DNA from: a virus
Taxonomy: Duplodnaviria; Caudoviricetes
Reading direction: 5' to 3' (one strand)
Virus record (IMG/VR): IMGVR_UViG_3300016643_000320
Span: 1 to 30,126 of that record
Length of the DNA: 30,126 nt
How positions within the stretch are numbered: the first letter of the stretch is position 1; each line of letters starts with the position of its first letter. A program made the position numbers and the translations under genes. The notes beneath the pieces were generated by a model. It did not search any database, was not told the DNA's origin, and saw nothing but the letters and a program-made list of their open reading frames with translations. Below, in pieces: positions 1-7,455 of the stretch.

Positions 1-1005
1 TTACTCAATTCTCTTTGTGTAACCGCGTAGGACCCAACCCTCATAGACCTCACCATCCACCACAACAGACACAAGAATCCAGGATTTATGGGAAGAATCC
101 AACACCTGTAGCAACGCCCCTACTCTCATTTTCAAAACCTCATCAGACCTTTTACCTGGCCCGTCTCTAAGGTACACACCGTCGCCCGTCAGGATCCGGA
201 AGCCCGCGATTAAGCTTTTATCTACGCCTTGTGGCATGTGGCGTGCTATCGCTCGCGCTTCAGCAGGAGTCTTTACCTCAGCAAAAAAACCGGAGAGATT
301 TTTCTGTAATTCAAACCCTTTATTGATCGCGCCAATTGGATCTGAAAAAAAAGAACAAATGACGAAAAAAATATAATATCTGAGTGCTTCTAGAGACAAC
401 CCCTTTAGGCTCTTGTGGCCCATCAAAGCACTTACAACTTCATCCTGAAGCTTAGCACCGCTTGACGAAACATCTACCGCAGGTAACCCCTCAACAACGC
501 CGGCAACAGAAACTGCATCTTCGAAACCTTCAATTAACTGCTCAGATGTAAACTGCCCAGAGCGAAGAAGGCTGATGAGTTCTGAGTTAGCGGGAGAGCT
601 TGCGAACTTTGCCAACCCTCTATAACTTACCGCATTGAACGCACTAGAGAATTCAACCACAGATTTCCAACCGCGAAAGAGGTCAGAGTTCGGATCTAGC
701 ATTGAGCGGTTAAGTTGTTTATTGATATCAGCTATTGAGGACATCAGCCGACCAATTGTTGAGTTAGTCGCAACAATGTTCATGGGTTTAGCTACAGCTT
801 GAAATTTTTTGACAGCCTCTCCGATAGCCAAAATCTCCTGGCTACGAGCGAATGAAGAAGAAAATTCGTTAAGACTTTTAGCTATCTGTCCTATCTTATA
901 GATTTCATGGGGAATCGTTATGCCTTGAATGGCCCTACCAACTTTAAAAATTTCATCTGTGGAGTTTCCAAGCTTCCCCACGACGTTTTTTCTTTCATCA
1001 CTCAT
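1..1005 (-). CDS. Cargo protein with C-terminal bacterial SH3 (SH3b) domain and a short hydrophobic segment
   Basis: 334-aa ORF. The C-terminus [20 protein letters not shown]....W..V......EGWV..GY fits the SH3b pattern. Hydrophobic stretch [15 protein letters not shown] overlap with the int stop at 1002-1005. Confidence 0.75.
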   Translation of the reverse strand: MSDERKNVVGKLGNSTDEIFKVGRAIQGITIPHEIYKIGQIAKSLNEFSSSFARSQEILAIGEAVKKFQAVAKPMNIVATNSTIGRLMSSIADINKQLNRSMLDPNSDLFRGWKSVVEFSSAFNAVSYRGLAKFASSPANSELISLLRSGQFTSEQLIEGFEDAVSVAGVVEGLPAVDVSSSGAKLQDEVVSALMGHKSLKGLSLEALRYYIFFVICSFFSDPIGAINKGFELQKNLSGFFAEVKTPAEARAIARHMPQGVDKSLIAGFRILTGDGVYLRDGPGKRSDEVLKMRVGALLQVLDSSHKSWILVSVVVDGEVYEGWVLRGYTKRIE

Positions 1006-2066
1006 TCGCTTAACTCCACAGACTTTCTCCTAGAACAATGACCGGCTACAGGATTTAAGAAAACAACCTCAGCCATGTGGCCGGGGCTAAAATGGGCATA
1101 TTTTTGAGTCATAGCCAAAGTCGCGTGCCCTAAAACTCTTTGCAGAGTTAATATATCCCCACCTTTCATCATATAGTGGCTCGCAAATGTGTGACGCAAA
1201 ACATGAGTCAGCTGCCCGTCAGGAAGTTCAATCCCCAACGCCAAAATTGAACGGCGAAAAGTGTTATAGCCTGACGAGAACGGTAGTGACATCACTAGCC
1301 GCGCCTCTAAATCTTTGGATATAGGTACAGACCGGTTTTTGCTGGACTTAGTTTTGCTGTAATGAACTAAACCATTACGCACCTGATGAGCCAGCAAAGC
1401 CTCAGCCTCTCCCCATCTCGCACCAGTCGCTAAGCAAACCTCAGCAATCAACGCAGCATCAGACTCACGTGTTTCCAAATCGTCAAGCAGAGCATTAATC
1501 TGGTCAGGCAAAAGATAAACCATTTCGGTCTCGTCAAACTTTAGCTTGCGAACCTTGGCCAGCGGGTTATCACCCTCCCACTCACCCAACCGCGTCAGCT
1601 CATTGAACACAGCCTGCAAATAGGCCAATTCATGATTCAGCATATTGGCGCTGATGGGCTTAGGTGCGCATCCTTCTTTGACGAACCCATTCCCCGGCGT
1701 ACTCCGGGAGTGCTTCCCTTCGGCCCGTTCTGCCCTGTATTGGGCAAAATCTGCGGCACTGAACTTAGAAACCTTTGGGTTACCCATCCTCTCGACCATG
1801 CTATTCAGCAGAGAGAGCCTCTGAGTCCCCGTCTTGAGGTTTTGCCCATGAATCACATACCAACGCTCAACTAAATCTTTGAGCGTGCGCGGATCGTGCT
1901 TGGGAGCCTTTTCAAAGGTTCCGCTAGACCCTTCGCCCATAACCCGATTGTGATATTTCTGGGCCTCGTTTTTGGTTTTGAACACCTTGCGCAACCGAAC
2001 GCCGTAACGCCCATCTGGTCGGCAATCCACCTCATAGCGACCTTCGCCAAGTTTCTTTATGGCCAC
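1002..2066 (-). CDS. int: Tyrosine recombinase / phage integrase (HP1/186-like)
   Basis: Catalytic motifs [20 protein letters not shown] and KYAH; N-terminal arm-binding region ([26 protein letters not shown]); GTG start. Confidence 0.96.
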   Translation of the reverse strand: MAIKKLGEGRYEVDCRPDGRYGVRLRKVFKTKNEAQKYHNRVMGEGSSGTFEKAPKHDPRTLKDLVERWYVIHGQNLKTGTQRLSLLNSMVERMGNPKVSKFSAADFAQYRAERAEGKHSRSTPGNGFVKEGCAPKPISANMLNHELAYLQAVFNELTRLGEWEGDNPLAKVRKLKFDETEMVYLLPDQINALLDDLETRESDAALIAEVCLATGARWGEAEALLAHQVRNGLVHYSKTKSSKNRSVPISKDLEARLVMSLPFSSGYNTFRRSILALGIELPDGQLTHVLRHTFASHYMMKGGDILTLQRVLGHATLAMTQKYAHFSPGHMAEVVFLNPVAGHCSRRKSVELSE

Positions 2067-2070
2067 GGCA

Positions 2071-2310
2071 TCACACAGGGCTGACCTGCCCTGCCTCCGG
2101 GATTGTCTGACCAGTCATTAGCCAAAGGGTGTAGGGACTAAAACGGGGGTGCTGCGTGATCTTGAGTAACTCTGTAGAGCTGATGGAGCCCCGCCGGCCG
2201 TACTCATACCCTTTCCAGGTTTCCAGCTTTATACCGGCGAGTTCACAGATATCTGCTTGAGTGAGCTGCTGATGTATTCGAATCAGCTTCAGCTTTTCGC
2301 CAAGGGTCAT
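2071..2310 (-). CDS. P2 C-like immunity repressor, paralog 2 (XRE HTH)
   Basis: 79 aa with [26 protein letters not shown] and the P2-C-family tail HPRF..Y.LWLMTG...PEAGQ.SP; ATGA overlap with the upstream paralog. Confidence 0.88.
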   Translation of the reverse strand: MTLGEKLKLIRIHQQLTQADICELAGIKLETWKGYEYGRRGSISSTELLKITQHPRFSPYTLWLMTGQTIPEAGQVSPV

Positions 2311-2555
2311 TGGCCGATCATTGGGCTGATCTGCCCAGCCTCTGGCGCAATCTCATCCGTTACCAACCACAACGCGTACTTTTTAAAACGTGGGTGCATG
2401 GTGACTTTGAGCAGCTCTATAGAGCTCACCGACTTACTACGGCCGTACTCGTACCCCTTCCAGGTATCCATTTTGATACCTGTGATTTCGCATATCTCGG
2501 TCTGAGTCAGACGCTCCGTCAGGCGCACTTCCTTGAGCTTGCTTCCTAAATCCAT
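2307..2555 (-). CDS. P2 C-like immunity repressor, paralog 1 (XRE HTH)
   Basis: 82 aa from the ATG at 2555 (GAGG upstream; the ORF track over-extends to 2642). HTH plus HPRFKKYALWLVTDEIAPEAGQISP tail; divergent from cox. Confidence 0.9.
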   Translation of the reverse strand: MDLGSKLKEVRLTERLTQTEICEITGIKMDTWKGYEYGRSKSVSSIELLKVTMHPRFKKYALWLVTDEIAPEAGQISPMIGQ

Positions 2556-2564
2556 CACGGCCTC

Positions 2565-2593
2565 TTGATTTTGTGTAGGTACATACATATTCT
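2565..2593 (+). promoter_or_regulatory. Early (lytic, Pe-like) sigma70 promoter
   Basis: -35 TTGATT (2565-2570), 17-bp spacer, -10 TATTCT (2588-2593), upstream of cox. Confidence 0.65.
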
Positions 2594-2629
2594 GTGTATG
2601 CAGACACACATCTGCTGCATATATACCCA
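2574..2629. promoter_or_regulatory. Three putative repressor operators in 21-bp phase
   Basis: TGTAGGTACATACA (2574; 12/14 palindromic), TGTATGCAGACACA (2595) and TGCATATATACCCA (2616). The first two flank the Pe -10. Confidence 0.6.
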
Positions 2630-2632
2630 CGG

Positions 2633-2641
2633 AGCTTATCA
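2633..2641 (-). promoter_or_regulatory. Lysogenic (Pc-like) extended -10 promoter facing Pe
   Basis: Minus strand reads TG-A-TAAGCT; convergent with Pe as in the P2/186 switches; no good -35. Confidence 0.45.
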
Positions 2642-2642
2642 A

Positions 2643-2870
2643 ATGCAGATCACGATCGACACGCCATACACAACAGTTCGCGAGCTATCCCGGCGCTCTG
2701 GGCAGTCTGAAAGAGCTATCCGTAATGAGATTGAGCGCGGCCGAATTCTCATCCGTGAAAAAAGCGAAGGCTCAAAAGAAGCCGTTCTGGTGAACATGCT
2801 TGCTCTGGCCATCGAAGCTGCGGACCAAGCAGAGAGAGTGTTAGCGAAGCCTTCGGCATCCAAGCGCTAA
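2643..2870 (+). CDS. cox: Cox/Apl-like excisionase and repressor of the lysogenic promoter
   Basis: 75 aa MQITIDTPYTTVRELSRRSG... ending in VLVNMLAL as in HP1 Cox/186 Apl-type proteins; GGAG RBS; first gene of the early operon. Confidence 0.82.
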   Translation: MQITIDTPYTTVRELSRRSGQSERAIRNEIERGRILIREKSEGSKEAVLVNMLALAIEAADQAERVLAKPSASKR

Positions 2871-2879
2871 GGGCCGGTG

Positions 2880-5570
2880 ATGAACGCAAACACACGAATC
2901 ACCCAAGACCAGTTCGATGAAATCTATCGGCGCGATGTGATCGAGGCGCTGGAGAAAGACCGGGACCTAGACTTCAAGGACATAGGTGACAAGTACCTGC
3001 AGAAGGGCACCTGCCCTAACTGCGGTAAGGAAAAACTGTTCATCAGCCGTGACAAGCCGTATCGGCTGAAATGCAACCGTGACAACGAATGTCAGTTCGA
3101 GCAGAAAACGCGAGATCGTTACAGTTACCTATTTGAAAACCTGAGCGAGCGTTTCCCTGCCACAGAAACCAATCCCAATGCCACGGCCGATGCTTACTTG
3201 CAGCGGAACCGCGGCTTTGAGATTGGCAAGATGGTTGGCTGGTACAACCAAGCTCGGCGAAAGATGAAGTCTGGCGAGTGGGCCGATACAGTGCGTTTCC
3301 CACTGTGCGACGGCTACTGGGAACGAATCATCGACGAACGCATGGTTGCCGCCAACAAGGGTGATAAGGCCGGCATCAAGTTCCAGATGAGCTACCAGAA
3401 CAGCGGTTGGATGCCACCTGGACAGACCATTGAAAAGAGTGATCGCGTCTACATAGTCGAGGGGATTTTCCACGCCATCGCTTTACACCTGGCCGGATAC
3501 AAGGCAATTGCTTCAATCAGCTGTGTGAACTTCCCATGGACGACCATTGAGGCCCACAAAGGCCAACTCGTGACATGGGTCATCGGCCTGGACGACGACA
3601 AGGCCGGCCACAAGTACATTCCCAAGTATCTCAAGATGCTTCGTAGCATGGGTGAGATCGGTTGGGTGGCTCTCGCCGGCGAACGCGATTGGGACGACGT
3701 GTACCGGGACGGCGAGCTGAATGACAAATTCATTGGGGATGCTTGCTATCGCGGCCAACTGTTCACGGCTGAAAATACAAACAAACTCGCTTACTTGCTG
3801 TACCTACGGCGACCTGCCGGATTCTATCTGCTGGAATTTCGCAATCAGCTGTATTCGGCCCGTGTTAACCAGGGCGAACTGAGCAAAGACTTGGGTGAGG
3901 ACAAGGTGGAGGGTAATCGCGACATCTTCGCCCGCCACGTCAAAATCGCGCAGATCTCGAACTGCATCCCCAGCCTGGACTATCTGGAAAAGGACATTAT
4001 CACCGGCGAGCAACGCTATTACTTCGACTTCCAGTTCCCCGATCGGACTCGTAGCGTCCAGGCCCCGCTGCCATCGAGCGCGATTGCAGAACCACGGGGG
4101 TTCGTCCGGGCCATGCTTGACTTCACACCAGGCGGCAACTTCGAAGGTGGCGCCCGTGAGCTGGCCATGCTCAAGGCCAAATGGCTGAACGATGAGAGGC
4201 GTCCGGTACGTACCGTACGTAGCCTGCCGTTCATGGGCTATGACGAGGATTCCGGCACCTACTGTTATCCGCAGTTCGGTTTTCACAATGGCAGAGAGCT
4301 ACAAGTCAACAGCCACGGCTTCATTGAGATCAAAGGTGCAGGCGTGAAAACCGCCCTGGTAAACACCAAGTTCGAACGTGGCGCCGACTTTGATGCAGAG
4401 TGGTTCCCTGACTTTCTGGCTGTCCATAGCCTAAATGGCTTGGCGGCATTGTCCTGGTGGACCGCTTCGCTGTTTGTTCAGCAGATCGGTAGCCAGCAAG
4501 CTTCGTTCCCCTTCCTCGAACTGACCGGCGAACCTGGTGCAGGCAAATCGACCTTGCTGCGCTTTCTATGGCGCCTGATTGGCCGCGACAACATGGAAGG
4601 CATCAAGCCCAGCGGTACCGGTGCCAGCGCGGTCGGCTTATCTCGCGCTTTCTCCGAAGTCAGCAACCTGCCAGTTGTGCTGATCGAATCTGATCGGACT
4701 TACAACGACGCCCAGGGCCGAACCGTAACCGTGCAATTTGCGTGGGACGAGGTTAAGCCAATGTTCGACTACCACGCCCCCTTACGCGTGACCGGTGCAA
4801 AGACCAGTGGCAATGAAACACGTATCAGCATCTGGCGTGGTGCGCTGGCCATCTCGCAAAACGAGAGCGTGGACGGCTCCGAGGCGATTCTTTCGCGCAT
4901 CGTTCACCTGCACTGTACCAAGGACCATCACTCACTAGCATTGAAGCCAATGGCCGACCGGCTGAAAACCATGAAAGCCAAAGAACTTGGCGGTTTTCTG
5001 CGCCGCGTCTTGGCATTTGAAAAGCAGTGGCTGGAACGTTACTTCGAGGCTTTTCCACGTTACGAACAACGCCTACAGGCGATCAGCGCGCTGACGGAGG
5101 CTCGGATAGTGCTGTGCCATGCCCAGGTACTGGCCGCTGCCTATGCGACACAGGCGCTGTTCCCAAGCTGGACCGATAGAGATACCGAAAATCTGGCCAA
5201 TCATCTGGAAGCGCGTGCAATCGCCAGGCAACAGCGTTGCCGATCAGAACATCCAACTGCTGCCCAGTTCTGGCAGATTTACCACTACCTAAACGAAGAC
5301 GTGGTGACGATCACCGACGGCGACGGAACCCGGGAGGAGATCCGCGAAACCCTGAACCACAGCAACGACCGGCAAGTGATCGCGATCAACATCCAACACT
5401 TCCAACAGGCATGCCGCCAGGCCGGGCAAGAGGTTATTTCAGAAGCCATGCTCCGGCGTGCGCTACCTCAGAGCGCTACGCACCCTTTTATCGAGATCCG
5501 CAAAGTTCGCTCCCACCTGGAGAAGCGTTCTATTTGGTGCTGGCTATTCAATAAGCGGGGCAATGCCTGA
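2880..5570 (+). CDS. Primase-helicase replication protein (Zn finger + TOPRIM + P-loop NTPase), P4-alpha-like architecture
   Basis: CPNC...C..DNEC Zn ribbon, TOPRIM VEGIF and GLDDD motifs, Walker A GEPGAGKST, Walker B-like PVVLIESD. Alternative GTG start at 2877. Confidence 0.88.
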   Translation: MNANTRITQDQFDEIYRRDVIEALEKDRDLDFKDIGDKYLQKGTCPNCGKEKLFISRDKPYRLKCNRDNECQFEQKTRDRYSYLFENLSERFPATETNPNATADAYLQRNRGFEIGKMVGWYNQARRKMKSGEWADTVRFPLCDGYWERIIDERMVAANKGDKAGIKFQMSYQNSGWMPPGQTIEKSDRVYIVEGIFHAIALHLAGYKAIASISCVNFPWTTIEAHKGQLVTWVIGLDDDKAGHKYIPKYLKMLRSMGEIGWVALAGERDWDDVYRDGELNDKFIGDACYRGQLFTAENTNKLAYLLYLRRPAGFYLLEFRNQLYSARVNQGELSKDLGEDKVEGNRDIFARHVKIAQISNCIPSLDYLEKDIITGEQRYYFDFQFPDRTRSVQAPLPSSAIAEPRGFVRAMLDFTPGGNFEGGARELAMLKAKWLNDERRPVRTVRSLPFMGYDEDSGTYCYPQFGFHNGRELQVNSHGFIEIKGAGVKTALVNTKFERGADFDAEWFPDFLAVHSLNGLAALSWWTASLFVQQIGSQQASFPFLELTGEPGAGKSTLLRFLWRLIGRDNMEGIKPSGTGASAVGLSRAFSEVSNLPVVLIESDRTYNDAQGRTVTVQFAWDEVKPMFDYHAPLRVTGAKTSGNETRISIWRGALAISQNESVDGSEAILSRIVHLHCTKDHHSLALKPMADRLKTMKAKELGGFLRRVLAFEKQWLERYFEAFPRYEQRLQAISALTEARIVLCHAQVLAAAYATQALFPSWTDRDTENLANHLEARAIARQQRCRSEHPTAAQFWQIYHYLNEDVVTITDGDGTREEIRETLNHSNDRQVIAINIQHFQQACRQAGQEVISEAMLRRALPQSATHPFIEIRKVRSHLEKRSIWCWLFNKRGNA

Positions 5571-5646
5571 TGAAACGTATGACCAGCAGTGCATGGGATG
5601 CCCTCGTTGACGAAAAGCACATAGCTTGCGCAAAACCTAAAAAGGT

Positions 5647-5965
5647 CCGGAACATCCGGAACATTCAATTTTATAAAAAATATATTCAATTAAATCAGGT
5701 AGTTAAATCAATAAACCTGTTCCGGCACCACTGGAACAATCCGGAACCTACCGGAACAAATCTGTTCCGGCATGTTCCGGCAATGTTCCGGCCAGCAGCT
5801 ATTCCGGAACACCGCTACAGCCTACGTATTCAGGGGCTTTCAGCCACTTTTAAAAAAATCGTGTTCCGGAATGTTCCGGTACTGCCGGAACACGGCTACC
5901 CCGCTGAAAGCCACGAACAGCAAGGGGTTCAGCTTTTCAGTAAGGCCATGTTCCGGATGTTCCGG
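5647..5965. repeat. Iteron cluster / putative replication origin
   Basis: CCGGAACA at 5647, 5656, 5751, 5804, 5885; TGTTCCGG at 5718, 5763, 5773, 5784, 5862, 5872, 5949, 5958; one-mismatch copies at 5731 and 5741; AT-rich tract 5664-5716; directly downstream of the primase-helicase. Confidence 0.85.
5693..5705 (+). promoter_or_regulatory. Putative IHF binding site in the origin
   Basis: AATCAG-GTAG-TTA matches WATCARnnnnTTR and is preceded by an A/T tract. Confidence 0.55.
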
Positions 5966-6030
5966 ACTATCAACAACTCTGCGCATGTTTTCTTTGCTGA
6001 TCACCGTTCCAACCAAGAAGGAGCTACACC

Positions 6031-6324
6031 ATGCAAGTGCAAGTAATCATCGGCAACGCTGCCCCAGGCAAAAACAACAAGCTGCAAGAGATACAAGCGG
6101 AACTGGCCAGCCAGGGGATCGAAGTTCCAATCATTGCCGGCGCGGCCTACACCACGCCCTTTTTCCTGAACCAAATCTCCAGCCTCGCTATAGCGGGCGG
6201 TAAGCACTTCCTGGCAGACGACTGCACCCACTTTCAAATCAAGGCCGTATTGAACCTTGCGGCACAAGAGGAAAAGTCGGGGTTGCTCTATGACCTGGTT
6301 GTGCACCTGGTGCGCCAGGCCTGA
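6031..6324 (+). CDS. Small hypothetical protein with degenerate P-loop-like motifs
   Basis: 97 aa; AAGGAG RBS; VIIGNAAPGKN and HFLADD. Confidence 0.75.
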   Translation: MQVQVIIGNAAPGKNNKLQEIQAELASQGIEVPIIAGAAYTTPFFLNQISSLAIAGGKHFLADDCTHFQIKAVLNLAAQEEKSGLLYDLVVHLVRQA

Positions 6325-6336
6325 GAGGGAATCGCC

Positions 6337-6588
6337 ATGATCATTCGCTACAGCGCCAACACCTTACCCGGCCAACTGCAGTTACCCATCAGTTACGTGG
6401 ACATGTGCACGCCCGGAGATTTGGCCGAGTTGGCGACAGCCGCTCATTGGCAGGACCACCCAGAAGACGCCCCGACCTTCGTCACCGTCGTACACCTATG
6501 GGACGTAGATGGTCATGACTTGGGGTTGTTTGAGGTTCGCTGCGAACAGCGTCCGGTATTCACGGCAAGCCCATTACGGCAAGCCTGA
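6337..6588 (+). CDS. Hypothetical phage early protein
   Basis: 83 aa; GAGGGA RBS; operonic spacing. Confidence 0.7.
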   Translation: MIIRYSANTLPGQLQLPISYVDMCTPGDLAELATAAHWQDHPEDAPTFVTVVHLWDVDGHDLGLFEVRCEQRPVFTASPLRQA

Positions 6589-6595
6589 AAGAGAC

Positions 6596-6626
6596 GGTGT
6601 CGAGGAGTTCGCACCTCCCCGACACC
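6596..6626 (+). other. Intergenic stem-loop
   Basis: GGTGTCG-A-GGAG-(TTCGCAC)-CTCC-C-CGACACC; no U-tract follows. Confidence 0.6.
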
Positions 6627-6649
6627 AACCACCACAAAGGAGCAAAACC

Positions 6650-6925
6650 ATGAAAGCAGAACGCCCAAGCAGCAGTGAATACAAGGCTATCACACCACCC
6701 GAGCAAGACAGCAGCCCCTTTAAACCCCCTCGCCCACTGCTGGCCACCGCCGTGATCGGCGCAGCACTGATCGGCTACCTGGTCCACAAGAGCCCGGACG
6801 CCCGCCAGCGCCTGGAAAGTATGGCCGAAATGGCTCAAGCCCTCGGAGACCTATCAGAGAGCGACGCTGCAGTGGTTGCCAACTTACTTGCCCAACCAAC
6901 CATTAAGGAGACAGCTCATGCTTGA
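6650..6925 (+). CDS. Hypothetical protein with one predicted transmembrane helix
   Basis: 91 aa from the ATG at 6650 (AAGGAG RBS); hydrophobic [16 protein letters not shown]. Confidence 0.7.
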   Translation: MKAERPSSSEYKAITPPEQDSSPFKPPRPLLATAVIGAALIGYLVHKSPDARQRLESMAEMAQALGDLSESDAAVVANLLAQPTIKETAHA

Positions 6926-7154
6926 TTCCCGCGAACAAGACAAGTTTGTGATCCGCCTGCCAGAAGGCTTACGCCCTCAGATCGCAGCCACCGCCCGTAG
7001 CAACCAGCGAAGCATGAACGGCGAAATTATCATCCGATTGCAACGCTCCCTTATTCAGGATCAGCTGAGAGACGAGCAGGAAAAAATCATCAGCGTACTG
7101 CTCAAGCAGATTGAAGAACTGGAGTCGAAGGAGGCAGCGGCATGTTTGTCGTGA
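6918..7154 (+). CDS. Arc-family ribbon-helix-helix DNA-binding protein, AmrZ/AlgZ-like
   Basis: 78 aa from the ATG at 6918 (TAAGGAG RBS); [38 protein letters not shown]. Confidence 0.9.
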   Translation: MLDSREQDKFVIRLPEGLRPQIAATARSNQRSMNGEIIIRLQRSLIQDQLRDEQEKIISVLLKQIEELESKEAAACLS

Positions 7155-7369
7155 TCGATGGTAGGGCGGTTGCCCTCAGTGACAATCAGCACGACCACAC
7201 TCTTAAGAAGTTGGATCTACCACCGGACTTTGTGCTGGTGGATGCCACGGCCCTACTTCTGCACGATACGGGGAACGGAACCGTGGAGATTCCCCTCCCT
7301 GCCGGCCTGGTAGTCGCAGCATTCGAGAATCGGAGGGGCCAACGGAGGTATGGCGTGATCACCATTTGA
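7142..7369 (+). CDS. Hypothetical phage protein, last gene of the early operon
   Basis: 75 aa; AAGGAGG RBS; overlaps the end of the Arc-family gene; followed by a terminator. Confidence 0.7.
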   Translation: MFVVIDGRAVALSDNQHDHTLKKLDLPPDFVLVDATALLLHDTGNGTVEIPLPAGLVVAAFENRRGQRRYGVITI

Positions 7370-7433
7370 AGGCAAGCGAAGCCGCTAGAAACATTTTTTA
7401 GCCGCTAAAAATGGCTCAGACATTTCTGATTTT

Positions 7434-7455
7434 AGGGCGCCTCGGCGCCCTTTTT
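7434..7455 (+). terminator. Rho-independent terminator of the early operon
   Basis: AGGGCGC-CTCG-GCGCCCT followed by TTTT. Confidence 0.8.

Noticed and set aside
1-1100. attL/attR or tRNA target
   Set aside because: No tRNA fragment or terminal direct repeat is visible; the window starts and ends at stop codons.
5647-5965. Possible CRISPR or mini-array
   Set aside because: The repeats are 8 bp, in both orientations and irregularly spaced; there are no spacer-sized unique intervals and no cas genes.
5570-6046. 158-aa ORF, and overlapping 5772-6203 and 5468-5689 ORFs
   Set aside because: Repeated FRH/FRN/MFR peptides are just translations of the TGTTCCGG iterons; better explained as a non-coding origin.
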